From: Myxococcota bacterium
GTDB lineage: Bacteria > Myxococcota_A > SURF-8
Assembly: GCA_965140415.1 (NCBI GenBank)
Contig: OZ223209.1
Location: 5,216,001-5,280,000 of the forward strand
Direction of reading: 5' to 3'
Length of the DNA stretch: 64,000 nt
Below the pieces are notes generated by a model that saw only the letters and a program-made list of their open reading frames with translations, made no database searches and was not told where the DNA came from. Positions 1 through 14,345 of this stretch are shown here, one piece after another. Position 1 is the first letter of the stretch, and every line of letters starts with the position of its first letter. The position numbers were made by a program, and so were the translations under genes.

Positions 1-921
1 TGCCAGCCAGCGTTCGGCTTCCAGCGCGGCCATACAACCGCTACCGGCAGCGGTAATCGCCTGGCGATAGGTATGATCCTGGACGTCACCGGCGGCATAA
101 ACACCTTCCACGCTGGTTTTTGCTCGTCCCGGCTCGGTGAGAATATACCCGGCTTTATCCAAATCCAGTTTATCTTTGAAGATTTCGGTATTCGGAGTAT
201 GCCCGATCGCCAGGAAGAACCCCTCTGCCTTGACGTCAAATTCCTCACCGGTTTTCGTATTCTTCAATTTCGCACCGGTTACACCCATCTTGTCACCCAG
301 CACTTCAATCGGTACTGCATTCCAGATAACTTCGATTTTCGGATTTTCCAGCACACGCTTTTGCATGATTTTGCTGGCGCGGAATTCGTCGCGACGATGC
401 ACGATATACACTTTTTTCCCGAATTTTGCCAGGTGCATGGCTTCTTCCATCGCGGAATCGCCACCCCCGACCACGATGATATCGCGCTCGTTGTAAAATG
501 GACCGTCGCAGGTAGCGCAGGCACTGACGCCTAAGCCCATGAATTTCTGCTCACTTTCCAAACCTAAATAGCGGGCAGAGGCTCCGGTGGCAACGATGAC
601 AGCTTTGGCTTTAATTTCTTTGCTCATCGATTTGATAGCGAATGGACGATTGCTCAAGTCGATCTGGTCGACCGGTTCCGGCACGATTTCCGTTCCAAAA
701 CGCTGAGCCTGTTTCATCATGACATCCATCAATTCCGGCCCCTGAATGCCATTTTCAAAACCTGGGAAATTCTCGATTTCCGTAGTGGTCGTCAATTGTC
801 CACCCGGCTGCATGCCCTGAAATAAAATGGTCTTCAAATTCGCGCGCCCGGTGTAAATCGCCGCCGTGTAACCTGCCGGTCCAGCGCCGATCACCGCGAT
901 ATCATACATAGTTTCCGACAT
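1..921 (-). CDS. trxB: Thioredoxin-disulfide reductase (3' end runs off the window)
   Basis: Manual translation from ATG at 921: MSETMYDIAVIGAGPAGYTAAIY...GGQLTTT...SACATCDG...VVGGGDSA...HRRD...AAGDV..YRQAITAAGSG. Absent from the ORF track because its stop is outside the window. Confidence 0.96.
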   Translation of the reverse strand, partial: MSETMYDIAVIGAGPAGYTAAIYTGRANLKTILFQGMQPGGQLTTTTEIENFPGFENGIQGPELMDVMMKQAQRFGTEIVPEPVDQIDLSNRPFAIKSMSKEIKAKAVIVATGASARYLGLESEQKFMGLGVSACATCDGPFYNERDIIVVGGGDSAMEEAMHLAKFGKKVYIVHRRDEFRASKIMQKRVLENPKIEVIWNAVPIEVLGDKMGVTGAKLKNTKTGEEFDVKAEGFFLAIGHTPNTEIFKDKLDLDKAGYILTEPGRAKTSVEGVYAAGDVQDHTYRQAITAAGSGCMAALEAERWLA

Positions 922-1046
922 ATTCCGCTCCTTTTGAGAAAGGGTCATAACCAATCGTGCATTAATCATAACGACGCTTTTCTTCGATGCAACCCGAAAA
1001 GCGTTTCAAGCCCTTTTTTATGGAAGAACTTGTTTTTAAAACAGCA

Positions 1047-1070
1047 AAAACCGGGCCGAAACCCGGTTTT
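1047..1070 (-). terminator. Intrinsic terminator downstream of htpX
   Basis: AAAACCGGG-CCGAAA-CCCGGTTTT hairpin with A/T tails on both sides. Confidence 0.7.
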
Positions 1071-1092
1071 AGAAAAAGTTTCCGTCAATTAT

Positions 1093-1953
1093 TTAATGAC
1101 TCGCACTCAATTGCTGTGTGAGTTCCTGCAACTTGGCGATGCGATCTTCCATCGAAGGATGCGTGCTAAATAAATTCATCAAGCTGCGCCCGGATAGCGG
1201 CGAGGCGATAAACAGATGCGCCGTGGCCGGACCTGCTTCGCGCATCGGGATCTGCTCGGCGGCATGATGAATTTTGTACAACGCCTCGGCCAAAGCCATG
1301 GGATCGCCGGTGATTTCACCGGCAGCACGATCCGCGTGATATTCACGACTGCGCGAAATCGCCATCTGCACGATCAAGGCCACAATCGGAGCGACGATCG
1401 CCATCACCAGCAGCGCCAATCCACTGTCGCCATCCTCATCGCGACTGAAACCACCGAAAATCATTCCCCATTTTGCCATCCAGGCAAGCGAACTGATCGC
1501 TCCGGCCATCGTTCCGGCAACTGTACCGATTAAAATATCGCGATGCTTGACGTGCGCCAACTCATGCGCCAGCACACCTGCCAATTCGCGCTCGTTCAGC
1601 ATGCGATACAATCCCTGCGTAACGGCCACCGCCGCGTGCTCGGGATTTCGTCCCGTGGCGAAAGCGTTAGGCTGTTCACTTGGCAACACGTACACTTTCG
1701 GCATAGGTAAACCGGCTTTTTTGGCCAGCTTTTCTACCAATTCGTAAAGCTGCGGTGCATCCTGACGTCCAACCTCCTGGCCCCGATACATCTTGAGCAC
1801 GATCTTGTCGGAGTACCAATAGGAAAAGAAATTCGTAACGAGTGCAAAACCCACTGCGATCACGATTCCAGTTTGTCCGCCTAACGCACCACCAGCAAAA
1901 ATAAAGATGGCCGTCATAACTGCCATCAATAACCCGGTTTTCAATACGTTCAT
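1093..1953 (-). CDS. htpX: Zinc metalloprotease HtpX (M48)
   Basis: PNAFATG, HELAH, SRSREY.AD and FSTHP motifs; TM helices; GGAGG RBS. Confidence 0.95.
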   Translation of the reverse strand: MNVLKTGLLMAVMTAIFIFAGGALGGQTGIVIAVGFALVTNFFSYWYSDKIVLKMYRGQEVGRQDAPQLYELVEKLAKKAGLPMPKVYVLPSEQPNAFATGRNPEHAAVAVTQGLYRMLNERELAGVLAHELAHVKHRDILIGTVAGTMAGAISSLAWMAKWGMIFGGFSRDEDGDSGLALLVMAIVAPIVALIVQMAISRSREYHADRAAGEITGDPMALAEALYKIHHAAEQIPMREAGPATAHLFIASPLSGRSLMNLFSTHPSMEDRIAKLQELTQQLSASH

Positions 1954-2144
1954 CTAATACCTCCGTTACTGGTATAACCACCTGGGTCGACAAGTCATTC
2001 CCGACCCGATCGTTTTTCATCCCGAAATAAAACTCGGTTCTTGTATACAGTAAGATCGCTTTCATAAAAAGCAAGACGCCCGCCGAAGAACTTTCGGAGG
2101 GCGTTTTGTCTGCGCCTTGTTATCAGACGCATAAAAGTAAAATA

Positions 2145-2261
2145 GCTTGGCATCGACCTACTCTCCCACGGAAACAGACCGCAGTACCATCGGCGCTGAA
2201 GGGCTTTACCATCGAGTTCGGTATGGGATCGGGTGTACCTCCTTCGCTATTAACACCAAGC
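2145..2261 (-). rRNA. rrf: 5S rRNA
   Basis: Conserved 5S motifs (CCCATACCGAACTCG, GCCGATGGTACTGC, GGGAGAGTAGGT on the minus strand); terminal helix CTTGGTG/TGCCAAG; ends approximate. Confidence 0.95.
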
Positions 2262-2333
2262 TAAATTCTATGAATAGATCGTTAATTTTACATGTGACTT
2301 GTTCCCAGCCTTAACTTAGCTCAAATCAAAAAA

Positions 2334-5332
<2,999 letters not shown>

Positions 5333-5482
5333 AATGTTGGTCTAAGCCAAGTTAAGGCTCGGAACAAGTCCGATATCATCTCAACCTATTACTCAAATAG
5401 GTGTTCAATGCTCATGTATTATCAACGATCTATTCAATTTTCAAAGATCCATATATGCAGCCGTTACCGGCGTACAATCGAA

Positions 5483-5558
5483 TGGTGGAGGATGTCGGAA
5501 TCGAACCGGCGGCCTCCTGCGTGCAAAGCAGGCGCTCTACCAACTGAGCTAATCCCCC
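5483..5558 (-). tRNA. tRNA-Ala(TGC)
   Basis: GGGGGATTAGCTCAG...TTTGCAC...GGTTCGATTCC...CTCCACCA cloverleaf in the rRNA spacer. Confidence 0.96.
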
Positions 5559-5620
5559 GCCGACAGGGCCGATGGATTCTCGGTTAAAAACGCTTTCGAT
5601 CAGCTAACCCGATAAGATTG

Positions 5621-5697
<77 letters not shown>

Positions 5698-5861
5698 AAT
5701 CTTTGGCGGAAACCGATTCGGGCGTCAACCCGTTATCCGACCGGTTATCTTCCTACCTTCAGGATTCAAAGAGCTTCCTCGATGCCTGAAAACTGAATAG
5801 CAGATGTGAACTCCGATTAACGGTGCGATTGAGATCGACCAGGATGGTTTGCCAGAGCAAA

Positions 5862-7423
<1,562 letters not shown>

Positions 7424-7545
7424 AATTTAAAAGAGTAGATCCATCAGATACGCTATGCATATCTGAGTTTTCGCAAAAAAACTCAATCACTATGTTCTAT
7501 CTGCTATTCAGTTTTCAAGGATCGAGGTACAAGCACGAAATCAAG

Positions 7546-7944
7546 TTTCTAAAGTACTACGCTCCAATTGTCAAGAAAAATTTTTATCCCCGTTCGTTTT
7601 TTTTCAAAGCCCGGTTTTTCAACCGGCGTTGACCTCCAGGCGATCAACAAGGGATTTTCAATTTTCACCCGGTTTGTGTTTCACCCCGTTGGATGATCCG
7701 CTGTTCCGGAGAGCGTCAGAGCGAGCGAGGTTCTATCAAACCTCCGACTCTGCGTCAAGAAATTTTTTGTCCCTTTTTACTTTTTTTTCATCGCCACGTT
7801 CAGACGATGATTGCCGACCTTGATCGCATCGGCTGGGGATATTTGATTTTCAAATTCGGTTCTGTCGTTCGCCCCGTTGGGCGGCTCAAGAACCGATTGC
7901 CTTGAAGCGAGCGAGGTTCTAACAAAACGATTGGGTTCCGTCAA
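7546..7944 (-). promoter_or_regulatory. Three tandem sigma70-type rRNA promoters
   Basis: TTGACG-N17-TAGAAC (7944-7916), TTGACG-N17-TAGAAC (7758-7730), TTGACA-N17-TAGAAA (7574-7546); each has an A/T tract upstream; the first two are followed by identical CTCGCTCGCT. Confidence 0.8.
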
Positions 7945-8424
7945 GAAAATATCTCAACTTTTTTTATTAATTTTCAAACATAAAAATTAATTCATGTTTT
8001 CAGTACGTTACAAATGCGAGGAATCGTGTCTGGAAACGCTATAGATGGGCTAGACGATTAATTTTGCTGGGATTTTGCCATTTAGCCCCATTTTTCCATT
8101 TCATTTTCGAGTTGGTTTCCCTAAAACCCCATCCCGCCCCCAACCTTGCTGTCATTCCACCGCCGAGGGATCGAACAAAACCCCCTCTATAATGGTAGGG
8201 GTCAGTTTTCAGCAAGTAACCCTTATGGCAACAGACAGACTGGCGACAAGGAGCAATCTGCACAATTCCTGTGTAATATCATCATGATACGCACTTCGAC
8301 ATCTTCTTCTGAATCCTTGGTACTTTTAAAGTGATTTTCTCTCCTTCGGATCGTCCTTGCCGGGATGTAGAACATATGCTAACAATCGGCAGGTCATTTC
8401 GTCCTAAAAAACCAGGAGATGCCA

Positions 8425-9426
8425 ATGAGTTCGACTTCGGATTGGGATCAGATCGACCGGGATATTATGGCTTTTCGAAAAAGCAGCACCATTTTAGCTG
8501 CGGTTGAACTTGGTCTGTTCGATCCACTCTACGAGCAAGCTCTCCCTCTGGATCGACTTGCAACTCTGTGCAAAGCTGCACCGAATCGCCTATCCGCACT
8601 GTTGAACTTACTATGCGGATACGGTCTGTTCCAACGCGAAAAGGACTTATATCGGCTCAGTAATGACTATCGACCTTTGTTCGATCCCGATGCAGAGGAC
8701 AACATTCAAACACGTTACGCCCATACCGCACACAATCGTAAAAGCTGGGCATTAATCGCGGATTCATTGCGCCAAGATCTACCCGTATCCGCACTGAATA
8801 CTTCATCACGACGTTCACCCGAACGCATTCGCGCATTTCATAAAAGCCTGGGTTCGCGTAGCTACAGGCTAATGAAACAACTCATTGAACATATTCCATT
8901 TACACCAGGAGCGCGCGTCCTGGACATCGGTGGCGGCTTTGGCGACATGTGCCGTCCATTTCTCGAAGGAGATGAAACCAGTTCCGCCACCCTGTTCGAA
9001 TCCCCGGCGACCATCGCCCAAGCCGATTCGTATCTACAACAATTGGGATTGCAAAAACGCTTTACGTTGCACGAGGGAGACTTCCTGATCGATCCCATTC
9101 CGCAAGGTCATGATGTGACTTTGCTCAGCAGCATTCTGCATATCTACGACGAGCAGACCGGCTGCGATTTACTGCAACGCCTGCATCGAGCATCTGCTCC
9201 TGGCGGTCTGATTCTTATTCGCGAAGTTACGGTCGAACCCGACTACAGTGGTCCATTATCCGGTCTTGAATTCGCCGTCAACATGGCGATCAATACGGAA
9301 TCCGGTAATGCATATGCACAATCGGCCATTCAGGACTGGCTACAGCGAAGCGGCTGGTCGAAGGTACGCACACTATCAGTTGGCGATTCCCCTTATTACG
9401 TTCTGATGGCGGAAAAAGCAGCATGA
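8425..9426 (+). CDS. SAM-dependent methyltransferase (Methyltransf_2 / O-methyltransferase with dimerisation domain)
   Basis: AAVELGLFD N-terminal domain, VLDIGGGFG, GDFL, ILH motifs; AGGAG RBS favours ATG 8425 over 8419. Confidence 0.88.
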   Translation: MSSTSDWDQIDRDIMAFRKSSTILAAVELGLFDPLYEQALPLDRLATLCKAAPNRLSALLNLLCGYGLFQREKDLYRLSNDYRPLFDPDAEDNIQTRYAHTAHNRKSWALIADSLRQDLPVSALNTSSRRSPERIRAFHKSLGSRSYRLMKQLIEHIPFTPGARVLDIGGGFGDMCRPFLEGDETSSATLFESPATIAQADSYLQQLGLQKRFTLHEGDFLIDPIPQGHDVTLLSSILHIYDEQTGCDLLQRLHRASAPGGLILIREVTVEPDYSGPLSGLEFAVNMAINTESGNAYAQSAIQDWLQRSGWSKVRTLSVGDSPYYVLMAEKAA

Positions 9427-10163
9427 ATCGACCACCCATTATAGGCATAACATGCTCGTTATGGGCGAGTGAAAATACAACTAACGAACCCTTCAAACAC
9501 GACTATCAACGGGTCGGCTCCTCACTGATCGAGGCTGTCGAGCAGGCCGGAGGCGTTCCCATTCTGCTTCCCAGTATGAGCGAATCAGAGTCCATGAAAA
9601 ACATGCTTTCAGCCATCGATGGCTTACTGCTTTCTGGTGGAGACGATCCCGATCCTGCTTACTGGAGCGAGGAAAACCTGTACCCACAGGCCGTGATTCA
9701 TCCGCTGCGAGACGCGGCAGAATTCGCTTTATTGCAGGCTGCACTAGACACTGAGCTGCCGATTTTCGGCATCTGTCGCGGCATGCAATTACTCAATATC
9801 GCACTTGGTGGCGGTCTTTACCAGGACAGTTCTCTGTTTCCACAAGCGAGCAAACACCGTAGCGCAGAAGGCGAAACGGAACTTTTCCATATTGTTCGTT
9901 TTGCCAAGCAATCTCGTCTACATAAACTTGCCGGACAAGCCGAATTATCGGTCAACAGCCGCCATCACCAGCTTTTAGGCAAAATCGGTGACGGTTTGCG
10001 AGTTACGGCTACCGCCCCGGATGGTTGCGCGGAAGCTATCGAAGCCACCGATCCAGCTCGCTATCGGCTAGGCGTACAATGGCACCCGGAATCTTCACTG
10101 TCAGATAAATTTTCATGCCGCCTGTTTTCCGATTTCGTTCAGGCTTGCCACCCCCTGTATTGA
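9423..10163 (+). CDS. Gamma-glutamyl-gamma-aminobutyrate hydrolase family protein (peptidase C26)
   Basis: GLLLSGG.D, GICRGMQ, VNS.HHQ, GVQWHPE motifs; ATGA overlap with the upstream gene. Confidence 0.92.
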   Translation: MNRPPIIGITCSLWASENTTNEPFKHDYQRVGSSLIEAVEQAGGVPILLPSMSESESMKNMLSAIDGLLLSGGDDPDPAYWSEENLYPQAVIHPLRDAAEFALLQAALDTELPIFGICRGMQLLNIALGGGLYQDSSLFPQASKHRSAEGETELFHIVRFAKQSRLHKLAGQAELSVNSRHHQLLGKIGDGLRVTATAPDGCAEAIEATDPARYRLGVQWHPESSLSDKFSCRLFSDFVQACHPLY

Positions 10164-10247
10164 CATAGCTCTCACTACGGATTTGTGATAGACTTCAAAC
10201 AGTAGTCGTGACAATCAAGCAGATCATCTATTTTAATAGAGGACACT

Positions 10248-11288
10248 ATGTTTAGAATCGGATCAAGCGTTATTGTTTTACTTCTCTTCTTGCTGACTGC
10301 CGTGGGTGGCTGCGATAAACGCCCGAATCCTCCCGGTCAAGCTGCACCTGTAACACGAGACGTTGTGGAGAAACACGCCAAGACTTCACACACCGCCGTG
10401 CTCAAAGATCCGGTCTCGCAGGCACATAACTATATCGAAGAGGGAAACTACCCCCTGGCACTTAAAAGCAGCGAGGCGGCCTTTAAGGAAGCTTATGCCA
10501 CCTCTCCGGAATCACCCTCAACCTGGATCATCTTCTTAAAGAAATGCCAGGCGCAGGCACTGATGAATTCCCTCGATACCATTGCTTGTTACGACAAGTT
10601 TTTCGACAATACCAAAAACATTGCTATTGACGACTTCACGATGGCGACGGCGCTGCGCTGGCGGGTCATATTTGCACTGGAAGATGCAAACCGCACCGAG
10701 GCCAACTACTACTTCAACATGCTAAAGCCGCTGGACACCAAGCTTGAAATTACAGGCATGTTGCCAACTGAAATGCGGGCCTATTCCCATAGCATCCGCG
10801 CCGGGGTGGCTGCATTGAATCAACAGTTTGAACAAGCTGCGGATGAAATGGCACAAGCAGTTTCCCTTTTCGATCAAAGTGGAGAAGACAATCCACCGCA
10901 ATTGTTCAGCTACCTGGAAAAACTGGCGGACTACCAGATGATACTGGATCGTAAGCTTGATGTAATTGACACGCTGGAACGATTCGAGAAGGAGTTGCGC
11001 AAGACTTACGGAGACTATCACCCTGCCCTGTCTCTTCCATTGATGAAAACCATTCATGTTCTGGCCAAGGTCGGCGAAAAAGATCTGGCACGTAAAAAGT
11101 GGGAGTATGTACGACGCATCTACGCATCCACCGATCCCAAAGACAACCCACCGGAATTGGAAGAACTGTACAAAGATACCTTCTGGCTGATCGAGGCGCT
11201 GGACGAACCACTCTTCCCGGAAGATGAAATCAAAGCGCGTGAAGAGAGGGACAGGGCTAAAGCCAATCAGGATGCACCGAATCCGTAA
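10248..11288 (+). CDS. TPR-like helical-repeat lipoprotein
   Basis: Lipobox-like VGGC, helical repeats, YGDYHP motif resembling kinesin-light-chain-type TPRs; GAGGA RBS. Confidence 0.65.
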   Translation: MFRIGSSVIVLLLFLLTAVGGCDKRPNPPGQAAPVTRDVVEKHAKTSHTAVLKDPVSQAHNYIEEGNYPLALKSSEAAFKEAYATSPESPSTWIIFLKKCQAQALMNSLDTIACYDKFFDNTKNIAIDDFTMATALRWRVIFALEDANRTEANYYFNMLKPLDTKLEITGMLPTEMRAYSHSIRAGVAALNQQFEQAADEMAQAVSLFDQSGEDNPPQLFSYLEKLADYQMILDRKLDVIDTLERFEKELRKTYGDYHPALSLPLMKTIHVLAKVGEKDLARKKWEYVRRIYASTDPKDNPPELEELYKDTFWLIEALDEPLFPEDEIKAREERDRAKANQDAPNP

Positions 11289-11313
11289 AAACATTCTAAA
11301 GAGAAGTAGGTAT

Positions 11314-11336
11314 ATCGGGGTAGGCATTACCCCGAC
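11314..11336. terminator. Hairpin between convergent genes
   Basis: TCGGGGTA-GGCAT-TACCCCGA. Confidence 0.6.
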
Positions 11337-11345
11337 ATCGTTTTA

Positions 11346-13574
11346 CTACTGCTCGATCTTGACAGAATCATAGTAGGTGTTAAATACAACGGTGTTTCCG
11401 GCACTGCTTGTCGCCAATTTCAATGTGGTAATGGCCCCCGTGTAATTGACGACCGTGCTTTCCGAATAATTTGTTTTCAGACCACTGACTTCCGAAACCA
11501 CGGAGTCATTGATCACGATCAAGCGTGACGGAGTCACGCAGCCGGAACCGTAATTGTCATCGAAAGTAGTATGATTGCAGGAAGTGTAGGTATGCCCGTC
11601 CGCACCGGTTCTCCACGTAACCGTAATGGTATACTCTCCGACTGGAAGATTAAGGGTCGCGGTCAATTCGGCTTCGTCATAGCAGCCAAGCGAAACCTGC
11701 TCTTCGGTTCCATTATTCGCGAACTGAACCAGATTGGGATTGCCACACACCAGCGGATCGCCAAAGGGGTAGCTTATCGTAGTGAATTGACCAGAAGAAC
11801 CATTGAATTCTTCCAGAAAAACTACAGGATTATTGTCTAGTCTCCGCCAGTCCGACCCGTTATATCCCATAAAGTTTCCGATTGTGGTATCGAAAATCAT
11901 CATTCCGGCAACCGGCGAGGCGATCGCATCGCGCTGGGTCGAGGTCATGCGGGGCAGCAGAAATGCCTGCGTAGTAGATGAAAGATCGAGAATGGCGGAG
12001 GCTTCCGGGGTTGCCGTGCCGATGCCCACTGACGTTCCGTTGTCGAAAACCAATGAATCACCCAGCTCGGTTGAGGCGGTGAATTTCGAAATATAGTTGA
12101 TCGTTCCGCTTCCGACGACGCCTTGGTCATCCTCTTCGCATTGGATCTGGCCGGTTGAATTGAAACCGCTGGCCACCATTCCATCCGGGCAGGACTGGCT
12201 ACTCAAGGCAAAGTCTTCCCCGCTGTAGGTGGAATTATCATCGGCTTCACATTGGATCAGGCCGCTTGAGGTAAAACCATTGGCCACCATTCCATCCGGG
12301 CAGGACTGATTACTCAAGGCGAAGTCTTCCCCGCTGTAGGTGGAATTGTCATCGGCTTCACATTGGATCAGGCCGCTTGAAGTAAAACCATTGGCCACCA
12401 TTCCATCCGGGCAGGATTGATTACTCAAGGCGAAGTCTTCCCCGCTGTAGGTGGAATTGTCATCGGCTTCGCATTGGATCTGGCCGGTTGAATTAAAGCC
12501 ATTGGCCACCATTCCATCCGGGCAGGATTGATTACTCAAGGCGAAGTCTTCCCCGCTGTAGGTGGAATTGTCATCGGCTTCGCATTGGATCTGGCCGGTT
12601 GAATTAAAGCCATTGGCCACCATTCCATCCGGGCAAGATTGGTTGCTCAAGGCGAAGTCTTCCCCACTGTAGGTGTTTTGCGTATCCATATCTTCAGAAC
12701 AGGCCCAGGCTTCGCCATCCCATTTGGCAACCTGCCCTTCCTCGCATTCAAGCGCGTCCAGCGTATCCGTATCCACATCCTCCGAACATTCCCACTCGGC
12801 ACCGTTCCAACGTGCCACAGCACCATTCTCGCAGTCCAGAATCGCGGTAGCCAAGGCATTCACAGTCGGATCGATTTCCGTGTAGCCTGTCAGGTAACCC
12901 GCTTCAGAATGATCTCCCCAGCCATAGCAGGCATTCCAGTTCGCAATATCGGTATCACCGATACCGAAAGCCGGAGCTTCGGAAAAGACCGGATCGCTTT
13001 CCGCTTCGAGACCGCTCATATCCACCGCACAGATCCAAGCCGCCCCATCCCATTTGGCCACTTCATTCGTCTGGCAGTTCAGTACAGCCTTAGCCAGGGC
13101 ATTCACGGTCGGGTCGGTTTCGTCGTAGCCGGTCAGGTAGCCACCGCCATCGATGATATCCTGCACCTGTGCTTCGGTCATGGCATTATCCGCCACCGAA
13201 GCCCGCACCGCATACGGAATACTGCTGATTGGTGTGCGCGGTGACAATTCCTCTCCGTCATCGACGCGAATTCCAAGCCACAATGCATCGCTTCCGAAGA
13301 TATTGGCGTCCAGCGGATTACTCTCTCCGAGAATCGCCGTAAAGGCACCACGTTCGATAATCGCGCCGACCACTTCCGTCCATACGGCATTGCCATCCTC
13401 TTCGGCATCGTACAGCGTGAACGAAATGGTGTAACCGCCATCAAGCGCTTCGCCATCCGCGTCCGTCAGGTAGCCCTGAAACTGCATTGTCGCGGGAACG
13501 GCTGCCCAAGTGATGGAACCGAGTAGAAGCGCTAAAACTCCGACAAACCAGGGAAGTAACTGTCTGGTATTCAT
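11346..13574 (-). CDS. Secreted fibre/adhesin-like repeat protein
   Basis: Signal peptide; FQGYLTD...PYA N-terminal domain; three C..G.VAKWDG..W.C..D units; five 37-aa Cys repeats; VGIGT..P...LDL.ST...L.PRMT segment typical of tail-fibre-like proteins. Confidence 0.7.
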   Translation of the reverse strand: MNTRQLLPWFVGVLALLLGSITWAAVPATMQFQGYLTDADGEALDGGYTISFTLYDAEEDGNAVWTEVVGAIIERGAFTAILGESNPLDANIFGSDALWLGIRVDDGEELSPRTPISSIPYAVRASVADNAMTEAQVQDIIDGGGYLTGYDETDPTVNALAKAVLNCQTNEVAKWDGAAWICAVDMSGLEAESDPVFSEAPAFGIGDTDIANWNACYGWGDHSEAGYLTGYTEIDPTVNALATAILDCENGAVARWNGAEWECSEDVDTDTLDALECEEGQVAKWDGEAWACSEDMDTQNTYSGEDFALSNQSCPDGMVANGFNSTGQIQCEADDNSTYSGEDFALSNQSCPDGMVANGFNSTGQIQCEADDNSTYSGEDFALSNQSCPDGMVANGFTSSGLIQCEADDNSTYSGEDFALSNQSCPDGMVANGFTSSGLIQCEADDNSTYSGEDFALSSQSCPDGMVASGFNSTGQIQCEEDDQGVVGSGTINYISKFTASTELGDSLVFDNGTSVGIGTATPEASAILDLSSTTQAFLLPRMTSTQRDAIASPVAGMMIFDTTIGNFMGYNGSDWRRLDNNPVVFLEEFNGSSGQFTTISYPFGDPLVCGNPNLVQFANNGTEEQVSLGCYDEAELTATLNLPVGEYTITVTWRTGADGHTYTSCNHTTFDDNYGSGCVTPSRLIVINDSVVSEVSGLKTNYSESTVVNYTGAITTLKLATSSAGNTVVFNTYYDSVKIEQ
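12120..12674 (-). repeat. Five tandem 111-bp coding repeats (TYSGEDFALSNQSCPDGMVANGFNSTGQIQCEADDNS)
   Basis: Near-identical units visible in both DNA and protein. Confidence 0.95.
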
Positions 13575-13588
13575 GGGGCTATCCTTTC

Positions 13589-14041
13589 TTATCGAATCGG
13601 GCTAAGCGTGACGCTTGCATTCAAGCGATATTCATTATTTTCGGATTGGATGCTAAGAACCGCCGGAGCCAGCCGGAACGTCATCTTATACGCATCGGAA
13701 GCCGCCGTTCCTGCCGACGCGGCAAACCCACTGAAAGCGGGAGCGAATGCAGGCTCGGAATGCTCCTGTTCGATGTCGAGATCACCATCAGCGGTCTCAC
13801 CATCACCATCCGTAGCATCACCGTCGCTATTGTCTCCATCCGTGGCATCACCGTCGGAACTGTCGCCATCAACGGGAAGTTCGCCCGATCCATCACCGTC
13901 GGAGCTTGGAATGTCACTGTCGCCTTGAGCGTCGATTTCATCAAAGTCTCCCGGATTCTGGTTTTGAACGCCGTCATCCGAACAACCGGGAAATGAGGCA
14001 AGGAAAACAAGGAAAATCAGATAGATTCCTACATGGCGCAT
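13589..14041 (-). CDS. Lipoprotein with DGD acidic repeats
   Basis: FPGC lipobox; DGDxx repeats; short C-terminal beta domain; 14 bp upstream of the fibre gene. Confidence 0.75.
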   Translation of the reverse strand: MRHVGIYLIFLVFLASFPGCSDDGVQNQNPGDFDEIDAQGDSDIPSSDGDGSGELPVDGDSSDGDATDGDNSDGDATDGDGETADGDLDIEQEHSEPAFAPAFSGFAASAGTAASDAYKMTFRLAPAVLSIQSENNEYRLNASVTLSPIR

Positions 14042-14345
14042 ATATACTCTCCAATTATCTTGAAGGATGTTTGCATAAATGCCTTCCGCTGATCCGCATG
14101 CTTACAAATCAACTCTGCTTTGTTTGGCTGTATCTCCGTGAATTCAGGATAGTGGTCTTCCCCATCACTGTCAAGCACCTAACAAAAAGAGGCATGATTT
14201 AAGATACATAGAATGGATTGTAGGATGTATTGAATTGCTTTTGGGGGAAACCAGGCAGGGGAGTGGGTCGGGAAAGTTTTAGCCTGACATAAACTGCGAA
14301 GTGCAGGGGCAAAGCCTACCCCTGCACCTTGACTTTCACACGCCG

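Noticed and set aside
5483-5558. C-A mismatch in the tRNA-Ala T-stem as a sign of a pseudogene
   Set aside because: A single mismatch in an otherwise intact tRNA with G3-U70 and CCA is tolerable or a base-call error
8039-8418. Riboswitch or ncRNA in the gap upstream of the methyltransferase
   Set aside because: No recognisable conserved motif by eye; an Rfam/Infernal scan would be needed
12120-12674. Regular repeats as a CRISPR array
   Set aside because: They are in-frame 111-bp coding repeats without unique spacers, and no cas genes are present
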